A DNA stretch of 63,997 bases, counting the filler, from Rhabdomonas costata (lineage: Eukaryota): the NCBI GenBank assembly GCA_019059605.1. It is 40 parts of 40 records of this genome, joined end to end, with 100 filler letters (N's around TTAATTAATTAA, not from the genome) between each part and the next. Parts side by side here need not be neighbours in the genome. Positions count along the whole stretch, not along the records: positions 38,467 to 39,968 come from JAHMHO010014355.1; positions 40,069 to 41,570 come from JAHMHO010014356.1; positions 41,671 to 43,172 come from JAHMHO010014357.1; positions 43,273 to 44,773 come from JAHMHO010014358.1; positions 44,874 to 46,375 come from JAHMHO010014359.1; positions 46,476 to 47,977 come from JAHMHO010014360.1; positions 48,078 to 49,579 come from JAHMHO010014361.1; positions 49,680 to 51,181 come from JAHMHO010014362.1; 32 more parts are not named here. One strand, given 5' to 3'. Positions 38,367-52,171 of this stretch are shown here, piece by piece. Numbering within the stretch: position 1 is the stretch's first letter; each line of letters begins with the position of its first letter. The position numbers and the translations under genes were made by a program. The notes beneath the pieces were generated by a model that saw only the letters and a list, made by a program, of their open reading frames with translations, did no database searches and had not been told where the DNA came from.

Positions 38367-41300
38367 NNNNNNNNNNNNNNNNNNNNNNNNNNNNNNNNNN
38401 NNNNNNNNNNTTAATTAATTAANNNNNNNNNNNNNNNNNNNNNNNNNNNNNNNNNNNNNNNNNNNNTTGTGTGTTTTGTGGTTTTTTTAAGTGGTGGGAA
38501 CGTTTTTGTTTGTGCTTTGGAGCAAATCAAATACGTGTGAATCGTTATCGTGGTACTAATTATTATGGCAGGAGACCAAACGCGCATTTCACCTCTGTTT
38601 TATACATAATTGTTCGTGCTCATTCATTCCACTACGTTTTGAGCCGTTTCCTGAGGTACCAAAAATCTAAGTGTGTGCCAAGGAATGTGTGTCGTCCAGA
38701 GTAAACTCCAGTGAGCACCGAACTGTCCATTCAAAATCAGTACCCCAAAACCAGCCTATAATTTATTGCCATTTTCTGTGTAATTTAGATTTTTAATTTA
38801 ACTTTATCTTCTACTTCAAATCCAGCACACATGTACCACAATTTTATCCGCGCGACCTGCGAACAGAGTATTGCCTTGGCGATGAATTCTTAAGATTTTG
38901 CGGTGGTGGTTAAAACAAAAAACATCCAAAACGTGGTTTTATACGTAGCATTCAAAGGAAAGAGATTTAAAACAAACATGCGCTTGTCCCAGCACCAGCT
39001 CCATAAAGCCCAATTACCCGTTGCCTTCTTGTGGCCATTGCTGAAATGTATGTTACAGACCAAAAAGACAAGGCCACTATGTATGAACCAGATTTGCTGT
39101 TGTTAATGGTTTTGTGTACTGAATCTTAGAGTTTTGGCGCAATTATGTAATGGAATCGACATTTTTATGTTCTGCTATGGTTTGGAGCTTGCTCTGGTTG
39201 GATTAAACCATCAGTTGCAAGATTAGTAATAATCAAGTGGAATCACAAAACACGAAAACATAGATTTCAATGTTTTCCTGAGGATCGGCTCTTGGAAAAC
39301 GTCCCTATCCTATGCACGTTTCTTCCCTACAAATTTCTGTATTTATCGTATCAGCGTTACACCTCTACGTAGCATCCATCGTGGGAGTTTTGTTGTTTTT
39401 GCGGTTGCTGCATTGCGGTGGATGTGGAGCAGCCGTGACTATGGATGGAATGGAACGGGAAATGTTGTCGTTGTAAATGCTTCTAAAATAACTGCGGGAA
39501 CAGAACGCGTGTGCACAGATTGGATCGCACAAAGTTGGATTGAAAATCAAGCATTTTAGCAAAATGGCAATGATCAAAAAAAGACTGGGTGCCGCGTTCT
39601 CCATGGGGCATACTGTCATACGTGCGGTTTCCTATCAAGCCAGCTATTGGTGCACGTCAGGGACCTTTTCTTGCCACTCGTAGGTGGTCATGGCATCTCA
39701 AGTCCGTGAAATTGTCCACGCATGTGACCATCTGCAGATCTCCCACTTCCGTAAATCTGAAGCGCTGTGCTGCCAGAGACTGTCTGGGCGCTAGCAAGCC
39801 ACTCTGGCTTGGCTGCATAGGCCCACCTCTTTTTGGGCACCTCATCTAGAACAACGTAAACGTAGCACACAGCTGCTATGGCGGCAGCCATAGCCTCCAC
39901 CAAGTGGCGCGTGCGCATCAATCGCATCAATTATCCACCAGAGTCAGCCACAGCTACTACCAAAACAANNNNNNNNNNNNNNNNNNNNNNNNNNNNNNNN
40001 NNNNNNNNNNNNTTAATTAATTAANNNNNNNNNNNNNNNNNNNNNNNNNNNNNNNNNNNNNNNNNNNNTGTGGTGTGTTTGGTTTGGGGTGGGGCTGTGC
40101 GGAAGACGCAGTAGGAGTTCCAGCCATGCGCATCGTGGTCGAAAAAAGCACAAAGGAAGAAAGGAAAGAGTGGGGTCTGCCGAGATGGAATGACCAGTCA
40201 CCTCTTGCACTCAGTTAGTGGAGACAGCAACGGTTCATCCCTCGATCTCTGTGTCTCTTCTGCGGTGCTTGCAGGTGGGCGACATGTCCCCAGTCGAACA
40301 ACACTTTCAGCAAGAGGCTTAGGAGGTGGACGACGGCTCCGAAGCAGTTAAAGACGAACATGGGGTGTCACTGCGAGTGAGAGAGAGCCTTTTGCGACTC
40401 ATATTCTTCACGTTGCGTTGCATGACATTTTCAAATTGTTGAGATCATTCGGCACGGTAACTTCGTAGGCTCGGCACCACATGCCACCCTCCCTTGCCTC
40501 GAAGATTCGGAGGCTCTCACACAGGTTCTGGTACACATAAAACGGACCTAAAAGATTTTTATGCAATGTTTCGCCACTTTTTGCAGGGGCAATAAAAAGG
40601 CCCGGTGCAGCGGTGGCAGGGGGTCCACAAGGTGTCCCTGTCTGAGAAGAAAAGTGCGCCCACTTTTTATTCAGAATTGGGTTTCCATTTTTTATTAATT
40701 CGCTCCAGTGCATTGCTCCAGGAAAATTTAGACCTCGCCAGAAACTGTCATTTCTTTGTGGTGAAACCTTTGAACATGAGTACATCCCCCACACCTGCCA
40801 ATTCATCCGGAAAACCTGGGGAAAATGGACCCACTACCTGATGACAACAATGACCAGAGGTCTGTTCAACCGGGCAGGGCAGGAAAGACGGTTTTGCAAA
40901 TGGATGGGTAGTACAGCAAGCACAGGTAGTGCAGCGGGTTCGTGGACCTTTGACAGCACAGACCGTCCACCCTTTTGTAGTCATTTCAGAGCACGGGGAA
41001 GAGAGGTCCAGGTGTTCCCTTTTTGGTTTGCAAAATCAAAATCCCTCCATAAGAAGGGCCGACGTGGAAGGGGTGCACGGACAATTTCACTTCCAAGAGA
41101 ACAAGCTCGTTGTTGACTAGAAAGCGTTGTTGATGAAGGGCCGTTCTTGTTTCTTGTTCACGGGTGCCTTCTCCAACACAAACTCCTTCAAATTCAATCA
41201 ACAACCACATCCGCACCTGCGTCCGCACTGTACTGAATCCCCGTTACGCACAGATAAAACAGAAAATAATGTGACGAACACTTCGTGAGGCCAGAAACAC

Positions 41301-43421
41301 ACCGCTTTCCTCAAATCGGTCCATTCCACGCCACCATACAGCACGGTTTGCAAACCCCAAAGGCCTTTTCCTCAGCGGAACGTATACATCACGAACAAAG
41401 CTCCAACAAACAAAAAACCTCTCACGCAAACCGAAAACCAAAATCACCCACTCCGCGCCCAGAAGAATTTCATGTGGTCTGCGTGAGGTTGTGACTCTGA
41501 ACTCAAGAGGGCAGTACAAAAAAATACGGAGAAAAATACGGAGAAAAATACGGAGGTGCGGGTGCTGGTGNNNNNNNNNNNNNNNNNNNNNNNNNNNNNN
41601 NNNNNNNNNNNNNNTTAATTAATTAANNNNNNNNNNNNNNNNNNNNNNNNNNNNNNNNNNNNNNNNNNNNGGTTGGGGGTGGTTCCCGCAGAAGGGGCAG
41701 AACCTCCACTGAGGGGAGGTCGCGCGGCCCCTCCTGCATCTCGAGAGGTGGGCGGGCGTGACGGGTGGTGCCCGGGGTGGGCAGTGTCGGTTTCCACGGC
41801 TTGTCAAGACTTGTGGTTGGGCCTGGGTCCGTACGGGGACCGGCGCAGGGGAGGAGTCCACCGCGACCCCCTTGTGGGTTGCTCGCTCTTCTCGCTCTCG
41901 TTCTCGCTGCTCTCGCTCTCTCGTTTTCCACTTCAGCGTTTCTGTCTTCCACACCGCAATACATCTCCGTCGTGTCCAGCACGTGCGTCATCGGCGCATT
42001 CTTCCCGACTGCCCGCCTGGCCGCCTTGCTGACCGTGCTGAGGAGGAGGCCTCCGGGAGGGACGGGTCTTCTTGATCTTCCTCATCGTCACTGTCCGATT
42101 CCCGGGCGCGCCGCGTTGCGTGCTTGGTCTGCCCCTACCAGCGCAGCTGCAGTAGGCGAAACCGCATCCAGCTGGCGAGGTAGACCAAGCGGCGCTCCTC
42201 CTTGGACCAGCCCAAAATGGTTCTGTGTAGAGCACAAATGGTCAGTCATCAGTACAGAAGTGGAATTCACAGCAGCTACCAAAACGTTTTGAACGGAATG
42301 TGGTGTGGACAATATATCAGCCCCTTGCCAAGCCAAATCAACCTCAGTAAATGTGCCATTGTTATAATCCAGCTGACTGACAATATGCAAGAGTTATCCG
42401 CTTACTTTTGTGCATCAGAATGACGTGTAGTGATTATGCAGTAATTAAAAGCTCAGACTGCAGCGTACGGTACAAGCTCTGGAATGCAAGCGACTGTTCT
42501 ATTCTGATTAGGGTGTTGCTCTTAGATGATCATCACTACTGCTACAGGAACATGTGATTGGTTATTACCCACCTGTTGTAAACGGTGCTTCTCCTTCAGT
42601 CAATAGAGGTTTTGAAATTATGTGGAATTTGAAATGTGCAACCTAGTGCGATGGTACGTGTCGTGGAAACGCGTGACACGCAGTAACAGACTGGAATGTT
42701 ATTAACAACGCTTTCCATGAGGTGGACAAAATGCCTTGTCCACTTGAAATAAAACATCTTATAGAATGACTTGCGCACCATCATGCACTAATGACTTAGT
42801 CAGAGGCTCCAGAATCCAGAAAATAGAGGTATCTTTGCTACAACGGTAACCGGCAGAGTTTGTCCTATAACACAACTGGAAATGGATGTTCGGTATTGAT
42901 AAGTACAGGGTTATTAAAGTAAAACATTCTGCACAAGCCTCTTGGGTTCGTTTCCGTAAGGTGTGTCTCAGTGAAATGGAGGTTTATTTATTATAGGAAT
43001 TAAGTAATAAAAGGCATTTAAATGGCTGTCTTTGATAATCCAGTATGTTCTATGCTATTTAGCTTTTCCTAGAGATTCCTAGGGAATCTGAATCACAATG
43101 ATTCTCAACTTAGAATACGATACACACCCTTCTGCGGCATGCATTACAATAAAAGTGAGTCGAAAAACAAAANNNNNNNNNNNNNNNNNNNNNNNNNNNN
43201 NNNNNNNNNNNNNNNNTTAATTAATTAANNNNNNNNNNNNNNNNNNNNNNNNNNNNNNNNNNNNNNNNNNNNGGTTTTGTGTGCGTGAGTCATAGTTTTT
43301 TTGTGGTGCTGGGGTTGGCGACGGTGACCAAACCGCTGAAGTACCCAAAAAATGTTGGCTGTTCACGATGGGGTTCTTGTACAGCCATCAAGGTTGGAGC
43401 TGAACCGACTGAGACACCAAT

Positions 43422-44773
43422 GTGCGCACAATAAAATCGCGGAGCTCTCCTGCCCGAAGCGCAGCGTCAATGACTTCCACTGGGTCTTCCAGGATCAGCG
43501 TCGAGACTCTAGGGCTTCCCCAGCTCGAAGGCATACCCGAGCCCTCCACCGGAATTCCGGAGAATGAGGATGAGGTTCTGGTAGTTGACATGGAGGCAGT
43601 GGATGAGTTCTGGGGGCTGGCCAATGACTTCTTTTCGGACGGGGGCAACCTTTTGGAGGCCAAGCAGGTAATCGAAAATCGGCTGCGAGTTGATGAGGAG
43701 ACATACGGCAGAGATCATTTAGAAGTTGCCTCTGGGAAGTGCGTGTATGCCAACCTCCTCAGCGATGCAGGGAGCTACACCAAAGCAGAGCCTCTGTACA
43801 AAGAGTCGCTGAGAATCATGAAGCAGCAGCTCGGGGCAGAGCATCCTGCTTTGGCGACGAGTTTGAATAACCTCGCGATGTTGTATAAGACACAAGGCAA
43901 GTATTCCGCAGCAGAGCCTCTTTACCAAGAGTCCCTGAGGATCACGAAGCAGCAACTTGGGGCAGAGCATCCCTCTGTGGCGATGAGCTTGAATAACCTC
44001 GCCATGTTGTATAAGACACAAGGCAAGTATTCCGATGCGGAACCACTCTACCAAGAGTCGCTGAGAATCAGGAAGAATAGTTTGGGGCAGAGCATCCCGC
44101 TGTGGCAACGAGTTTGAATAACCTCGCGATGCTATACCACGCCCAAAGCAAGTATTCTGACGCAGAGCCTCTCTACCAAGAGTCGCTGAGGATCACAAAA
44201 AAGCAGCTCGGGGCAGACCATCCATCTGTAGCGACGAGCTTCAACAACCTCGCGATTTTTTACAAGACTCAAGGCAAGTATTCCGAAGCAGAGCCACTTT
44301 ACCAAGAGTCGCTGAGAATCAGAAAGAAGCAGCTCGGGGCAGAGCATTCGGATGTGGCCGCGAGCTTGAATAATCTCGCGGGCTTGTACCACGCTCAAGG
44401 CAAGTATTCCGAAGCAGAACCACTCTACCAAGAGTCGCTGAGAATCAGAAAGAAGCAGCTCGGGGCAGAGCATCCTGATGTGGCGACGAGCTTGAATAAT
44501 CTCGCAATGCTGTATGACGCTCAAGGCAAGTATCCCGACGCAGAGCCCCTTTATCAAGAGTCGCTGAGGATCACGAAGCAGCAGCTCGGGGCAGAGCATC
44601 CTGATGTGGCGACGAGCTTGAATAACCTCGCAATGTTGTATAAGACACAAGGCAAGTATCCCGACGCAGAGCCCCTCTTCCAAGAGTCGCTGAGAATCAG
44701 GAAGCAGCAGCTTGGAGCTGAGCATCCCGCTGTGGCGGCGAGTTTGAATAACCTCGCGATGTTGTACCCCCCA
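43422..44773 (+). pseudogene. Intronless TPR-array gene (42-aa kinesin-light-chain/nephrocystin-3-type TPRs) with a frameshift near 44076; runs off the contig
   Basis: Eight 126-bp units (AEPLYQESLRI.K.QLGAEHP.VA.SLNNLA.LY..QGKY..); third unit reads AGG AAG AA- TAG TTT GGG instead of AGG AAG CAG CAG CTC GGG. Confidence 0.85.
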
Positions 44774-46217
44774 NNNNNNNNNNNNNNNNNNNNNNNNNNN
44801 NNNNNNNNNNNNNNNNNTTAATTAATTAANNNNNNNNNNNNNNNNNNNNNNNNNNNNNNNNNNNNNNNNNNNNGTTGGTGGTGTGAATGCCTTTACGAAG
44901 AGGCCTCTTCGTAAAGGCATTCACATCACCAATTGAGCTCCTTGATGGTTTTTAAGGTCTCCAAAGGTCAGTGAGCTGCCCACTGTCTGTGTCTGACTTC
45001 TTCACTTCAAAAGGAAAAAGAAGCACTCTGCAGGCACTGTCAGTGGAGCTCTGGGCTGCCCTTTTCTTTACTTTTTCTTTTGCTTTGCTTTTAGGTGCGG
45101 ACAAGGCTGCGGAGATGCTGGCAAGTACCCCAGAGTGGAAGGTTCCTTCCCTTTCCCTCACTCCTCACTCCTGTGCTGCATCCCATCACTGAAGATCCTC
45201 CTTTCCCCTTTATCAGCCGGATCATAATTCAGAGCAGAACGAGCTTCATCCAAGTGTAAAAAATAGGCAATGCATCACAGTAAGAGGGGCATCAAGTGGA
45301 GAAGTTAAAGCAGAGACACAATAATGAAGCGCGGCCAGCCATAAAGATGCAGGGGAAAAAAAGAAGGGAAGAAAGTGTTGTTGCTGGAATGCAGTGGGGT
45401 TGGGTAAAACCAGGTAAACAGTGCTAAGCCGAAGCAGGCCTGGGGTCTTTTGTATTTACAGCGGGCCTCCCGAAACGCTGCGTGGCCGGTCCTTGGGGTC
45501 AGAGCTTCCTGAATGAGGAGGCAACAAATAACTTAAAAAGTCAGCTGGGGTTTGGGGACGGGGGGCATCAAGCGGAGGGAAAGCGGTGTCTGCATCTCAC
45601 CAATATCAGCTCCTGCTGAAAGCTCCTGCTGCTTCAGTCTAAAAGTGAGAATTGTGCTTAATGGCGAAAAAAAAGGTCTCACATTCTTTCTCGTACCCTG
45701 CTTTTTCTTCTCCAATCCTCCATGTCGCCCCAAAGATATACTTTTCCTGTTTATTTTCTGTTTCATGTTAATTGGTCCCTGTTTTTGTTGAGCAGCTGCG
45801 TCTTGCTACCTCAGCAATGCTTGTGCGGTGAACACAAGCGTCATTAATTATAAAATTGAAAATTGATTAAGAATTCCTCGTCAATCCGTGGTTGGTTCAG
45901 TTGTCTCAAGGCTTCCACTTCTCTTCTTCCCTAAGCCTTTCCCTTTCCCTTGTCTTTGAAAGCAGTCTACATATGTTTGCGGTTTGCCCACATGTGTACA
46001 TGGATGAGCCTGAACAGCTGCACCCCGTTTGAATGGGTTCTCAGTGATTTTTCATGTGTTCTTCAACAAGGATAAAATGTAAAATGAAAATAAACGGAAC
46101 GCCTGTTTCCTGAATTGCCTTGTCGCGTCCTGTCTTTGAACCATTAATGTCACGCTTCTCACTTTTAATGTGTTTAATCTGAAGCGGGGCATGTCAAACC
46201 TTCTGACACCACCAAAG

Positions 46218-46375
46218 GCGGCGAGGGTGCTGAAGTGCAACCCAGACAGCCCCCAGCTAGCAGTGCGAGCTCTGGCACTGGCCCAGGGTAAGCTGGTGTA
46301 CATGGCCGTGCCCAGGCTGGCACGGCCCAACCCCTTCTTCCTTCTAGACCCCGCCGCCCTGCGGGCCAAAGGCGT
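46218..46375 (+). CDS. 5-formyltetrahydrofolate cyclo-ligase-like (MTHFSD/COG0212 family) exon
   Basis: aaAG|GCG; AARVLKCNPDSPQLAVRALALAQGKLVYMAVPRLARPNPFFLLDP has the family motif K.NPD.PQ..VR...L..GK.....PRL. Confidence 0.8.
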
Positions 46376-49300
46376 NNNNNNNNNNNNNNNNNNNNNNNNN
46401 NNNNNNNNNNNNNNNNNNNTTAATTAATTAANNNNNNNNNNNNNNNNNNNNNNNNNNNNNNNNNNNNNNNNNNNNTGTTGGTTTTCTGCCCATCGATGCT
46501 CGTCGAGATGAATACCCTGAAGATTGAAGGAATTTGGCAACGATCAGATGGAGAATTAAAATAGAAACAATTCAGTGTTATTAAACTTTGATTTAAAGAT
46601 ATGGAGGAAAGGGTATTAAAACAGACGTCTGACGTCGGATGATTTTGTTTGAGTTGAATTTGGCATATATTGCTTTTGTTGCGCTTTTTGGTTGTGATTA
46701 GAAAGATGTTTACCTATTCTACAGGTCATAGCTAAAAAGCTCAGTGGAGACAGGCTTAAGCGATGTAGAGGATATTCAGGGCTAAAGGCGTATCTCCGAA
46801 CCTTCTCACTTCACCTGTGCTTTGGTGCATTTTTCTTCTTTCTTACCTTGTTTTTTGGTGCAAAAAGCGCAAGAGTACGGCTGTGTAGAGTAAATACCTC
46901 CAGTATCACACTTTTGGGCGGAACTCTCAAAAGAAAGGGCTTTTGAAACGAGCAGCCAGCAGGGAAGTCCAGGTAAACCACTTCATGGATCAGTTAAAGA
47001 GAACAGCACCATCTAGAGCAAACCAGCGCGGAGACGAAGAGCCCGATGCCACACACCCAAGCCAGAAAACAATTATAGCCCACCCGACGGTGACAAACCT
47101 CAGAGCACGACCGGGACAGGGGTAAACTCAGCCTCGTACTCCATTCCATGACAATTTGGACCGTACGTTTTCAACCGGCAATTTATAATCTACGACCGGT
47201 TGGTGGTGTACCGCGACTACGTCACGAAACACACACGCATCATATCGCAATCATCCTCCTTGGTAGGGAAGAGAGCCCTACCTTCCGCATGGCCGCTTCT
47301 AATTCGAAGGGTTGAACAGATCAGCACCGCTATATTCTAGGTGCCCGCTGTGTCAAGGGTAAGGGGCAAAGCCCGTGGATTCCTGAACGCCATTAAATCC
47401 ATGTGAAGTGCCTTGATTTTTCTGCTCATCCTTTTTGGGTAAAGGCAATTTTTGGGGAACAGGGCGGGTAAACGAGGCGAAACCTGAGGGGATTTAGGGG
47501 TGAGCAAAAGAAAGAATACCCGTACCTTTACTTTATAAAAAAGAACAAATAACAACACCCACACCCGGCTGGAGCACAAAAATGCCAAATTCCTGTGGAT
47601 TCCCCTCCGGGAAAGAGACGGAAAAAGAGACAAACGCAGAACTTTACTACGGCGGCCAGCTCATCGATGTCAGCCCAGAGCGGGCGCAAGCTGAAACTAA
47701 AACAGCGCTTTCAACCTTTGGGGTCGTCTGGTCCAGCGGCCGCTTCTTAGGTTCTTGGGATTCTTGATCCGGCTCTTCCTTCGGAGGCCTTCGAGGTATT
47801 CGCGGCGGCGGCCTTCGGCCAACAGGGGACAGGTCCTTTCCTGGAGGCAAGCCGCCGGACGTCAACGGGCAACCGGCGCTGGCCGTTGACAGGACCCGGA
47901 GGCGCCGGGAAGCGGGGCACTTTTGACCCCGACACCCTTAAGGAAACCAAGGGGGGCACGCGCCTCATGACGGCAGANNNNNNNNNNNNNNNNNNNNNNN
48001 NNNNNNNNNNNNNNNNNNNNNTTAATTAATTAANNNNNNNNNNNNNNNNNNNNNNNNNNNNNNNNNNNNNNNNNNNNTTTGGGGGGTTGGGGTTGGGAGG
48101 GGAGGGAGGGAATGAGGGAGAGGTTTCCCTTTCGGGTTTCATTGTCTCCACTTCCGCAGGTGTTTATGCATTAGTGAAGACTCAGTGAGTCAGTGAGAAG
48201 GGAGGTTCATTTGTTGCTGTTACCGCCATGACTGAGTTTGATGGATAGGTCCCCGCCTTTTTTTCTTTGTGCTGTAAGAGCTTTGTGAGTTGTATTGTAT
48301 TTCTTTTTATTCGAAGTGGGCGCGCAGATCCCCGCTTTGGCTTTGCTGTGTGGGTATTTACACTTTTTGGGCTGAGTACGTCACAAAAACACTGTTGTGT
48401 GTCTTCTTTCCCCACCCCTTGTTTTGCTCTGCCAAAAGAAGGACCGCGTCAAATTGACTTTCGATCACAGTGTCCCTAAACTGGTCGGCTGACTATGAAG
48501 ATCTCATTATTATAGTAGGCTCCACCGTAACTCAGACTTTCATCGGAGCAGTTCAAGTACTGTGTTTAGGGCAGTCGGTGTGTCGGCTGATGTTTGACGT
48601 TGAAGGTGCACGCCATGCACCCGAAACACGCCAATGTCCTCTTCAAAAAAAGACTGTTCTCTAGGCCGAAACTTCGCCTTTGCACGGTGTACCCAAAGGC
48701 TAAAAGGACTGGAGATTTACTCCTAAAAGTCCGGGCGTCTTCGGCGCGCAAAGCTCCTTTCCATACCATATACCGAATCATCTACGGGCTGCGCTCATCT
48801 CCACGTATACAACATTTTGAGACCAGCAGCAAATAAACAGGGTAAAAAGACTCCCGTTCGGAAGTGTTACAGACTAATCCCTCAGTTTCCGGGTGGAGCA
48901 ACATTATATATTTTTAACATTGGACATTTTGGGGTGTCTGTGGACACGGCGTTGCTCTCCTCCAGGTTGGGTCTTCGTTATCTCACTTACCAAAAGCACC
49001 TTTTCACGACAGTTTCTGATAAGATTTTTTCTCACAATGGCGGTTGCTTTTCTGGTGGTGCCGCACCTGACTACTGGAGGCATGTCTCTTGCACGTAGCA
49101 TAGATCGGTTTGGTGACCAACGAACCCTTTTCGTTTCCCTCGCTTTTGATTCGGCGCTGCAGAATTATACGTCTCCAGATGCGGTTATTGAGGATGGATG
49201 TGCTTTGTGCTATTCACACGAAAATACCCCCAGTCTTCTGTCAAAAGGCTCAAAACAATTCTGTACACAAAAAGTCGACCATCGATCATTGGCCATTGCC

Positions 49301-51905
49301 GTAAAGTCAAGTTTTTTATTGGACAGTTGCGATTATTTTTTTTGTGTTTGTATATGTTTGTGCGAACAGGGGACACACCCACCCATGAAAAGAATGAAAA
49401 AAGAAAAGCTGCCCGTTTATGAAAGCAGGTTGCACGTAACGTTAGAGTTGACAGATGCAAATACTGGGAAAACATGAGAGAATGCAAAAGACAAGCATGT
49501 CTGAAAAGGAATGGAGCAACTGATATGGCCTGTTTCACACCAAACGCGAGAATTTTCGACATCCGATCAAGAAACACACNNNNNNNNNNNNNNNNNNNNN
49601 NNNNNNNNNNNNNNNNNNNNNNNTTAATTAATTAANNNNNNNNNNNNNNNNNNNNNNNNNNNNNNNNNNNNNNNNNNNNGTGGTGGGCACTTACACACAA
49701 ACATGCACAAGGGAACGTCGTTTACTGACTTGCGGGGGGTACAAAGGGGTGCTCACTTTTTCTGTGGTCGACTTACTTCTTCGGGGTGGTGCACGAACTT
49801 CCCGCGGTGAGACCCAGGCAGGGCTTCGTGGACAAGGCCTTGAAGCTGGGCGCTTCCTCCGCAGGGGTCACCCGGGGTGGGGTGCGGGGGCGACCCCCGG
49901 AGACCAGGGCCAGGTGGGTCGTTGCCAAGGGAACCGCCATGGCGTCTCTCACGCCGAAGTGGGGGTAACCCGGCTCCTCTCGGCTGTGCCATTCGACAAG
50001 AGGGAAGTGATAGGAGAAAAGAGCAAGCACATGTCATTGGTTTGTGTTGCCCACGTTGCGCATAGGAAGGGGATTGCATTCCCCAACTGGTCTGCGGTGA
50101 GCAGGGTTGTCTTCAACAACAGTGTTCTTCGCATGCGCGAGATACAACGCATTTGTGGAAAGCAAATGGGAGAAAAAACGGGTCTATAAAAAAGCCATGT
50201 TCAAGTTTTCTCTTCGCGCCCAAAAGAGAGGGAGCAGGAACGAGCCGATGAATGGGAAGGGGCGGGGGTGGCGCATCTTTTTGCCTTGCCTTTGTTCTGC
50301 AACCCACATTTGCCCCTGTGACATCTCTCTCTGTCAAAACGATACTTTCGGGAAAAGTTAACGACGACCGACTGCAGAAAAGTCGCAAGGCAATTCAGGA
50401 TGAACACGGGATCAACCGGTGATGTTTTCCTCTTATAAACGTCGCTGGTCACAGAGATGGGGGAAAAAGAAACGTGAAAGTGAAGGATACCCATGGAAAA
50501 AGAACGCTGGTGGAAATGTCTCTTCCCACACCCACAAAACAGACACGACAACCACCTCCATTGCTGCCAAAACCTCAATGCTCAAAAGAAGGATGAGAGC
50601 TGCCCACCACACCCGTCTTTAGAAGGTGAGGTCGCGGCAAGGACTGCTTCCTTGGGACAGACTCCTGCAAAAGACAGCAAAAGAAAAGAACCAGGCTTCG
50701 AGGTGATATCGCAGCTGTCTGCTCTGTTTCCTAATAATGGGTGAAGAACGGGCGAAACCGAAGAAGGCCTCGCGTCCTTTACAAAAGCAAAAGGTCTCAG
50801 AAATGCTGCAGGGCCAGTTCTTGACAGAAAGGAAAGCAACGCCAAAACCAGGGTGTGCGCCCAATCGTTGCAGCTTTCTTTCTAAATGTGAAAAAAAACG
50901 CAATTTGAGCAATTTTCCACACCGGGCGGGAGATGGCGAGTCCCTGGAGGCGGGAACGCTGGCCGCCTGCTGATCGAAACCTGGAGCGCTTGGGGATGCA
51001 CTCGGGGAGGGGCCGCGGCGAAAGGGAGGCGAGTAGTGCGAGGTGGTATTACCCAGCAGGCTCATGACGGAAAGACAAACACTAAAGCGACGTCTGCTTC
51101 AAAACGCGGCAAATCAGCAGGCGTCCGAAGCTTTTGGCTTCTGCCTTCCCGTCATGAGCCTGCTGGGTAATACCACCACCCNNNNNNNNNNNNNNNNNNN
51201 NNNNNNNNNNNNNNNNNNNNNNNNNTTAATTAATTAANNNNNNNNNNNNNNNNNNNNNNNNNNNNNNNNNNNNNNNNNNNNCTCGGCCTTCCTCTTGGTT
51301 ACCCGTTAAGGTATATTGCTCTGGGCATGGTTTTTGGTCGTCCTATATACTGTGCTGTGTTTTGCTCAGCCTGCTTTGGCTTGTCATTGCACAATCACCA
51401 ACAAACAAGCACAACAGTTCGGAAGTCAAAAGGAGCAGGCTGGCTTCTGCTTTGCTCGTCTTTGGGCCCATGGCATCATCTGTTCCCTTGGCTCACCTTC
51501 TGCCCGCTGCTTTCCGTAGGGAAACAGGGTTGCAGGGTTGGTTGCAATGTACTCATGTGTAAGGGAAGGAAGGATCGCCTTTTTTATTGCCAGTACTAGC
51601 CTTCATGCTAGTGACCATGCTCGTGTTTTCTCTCCTCTTTTTCCCCCACCACCACCTATTTTTTTTGCCAGTTTCTGGCTTTGTGTCGCCCGAAGGGGTG
51701 GCGCAGTGTGGTCGCCACTCTGAACCCCTTTGAGGCTGTTCAAGTGGAGGTGGGGTGCACAGATTGTGCATCGTTTTTCTTTGCACAGCAGTCTTTGTGT
51801 GAAGTTAAATCTGACGTCGGGTCGGTTTACTTGATGTGTGTGTTGGACGCGAATCTGGCACGGAGATATTAATGTTCTCTGACTGTGCTTTTTCTTCATT
51901 TCTTC

Positions 51906-52171
51906 AGTTGGTCAGTGTGGAACGAAGCTTCCCCTCAGCTTGCGTGTTTCTTTTGGGTTTTCTGTGCAAGGAGGTCCTTCATAGTTCTCATTTGTGGGCC
52001 TGAATTCCAAGGCGAAGAGATTTGTTGGAAAACGCTGAAGTTGGTCAGTGTGGAACGAAGCTTCCCCTCAGCTTGCGTGTTTCTTTTGGGTTTTCTGTGC
52101 AAGGAGGTCCTTCATAGTTCTCATTCGTGGGCCTGAATTCCCTGGCGAAGAGATTTGTTGGAAAACGCTGA
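51906..52171. repeat. Tandem direct duplication, 2 x 133 bp
   Basis: 51906-52038 and 52039-52171 differ at only 3 positions. Confidence 0.95.

Noticed and set aside
39600-39930. Possible PIF/Harbinger transposase N-terminus (QRFRF...DNFTDLRC)
   Set aside because: No DDE core could be traced downstream; evidence too weak
7701-44080. In-frame TAG/TGA in the Merlin, gag and TPR sequences suggesting stop-codon reassignment
   Set aside because: They occur only in decayed elements, alongside frameshifts or a catalytic substitution, and align to different residues. Housekeeping exons are stop-free and the cyclase ends at TGA where homologs end.
43719-44725. Long antisense ORFs opposite the TPR array
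   Set aside because: Shadow frames produced by a stop-free 126-bp repeat unit
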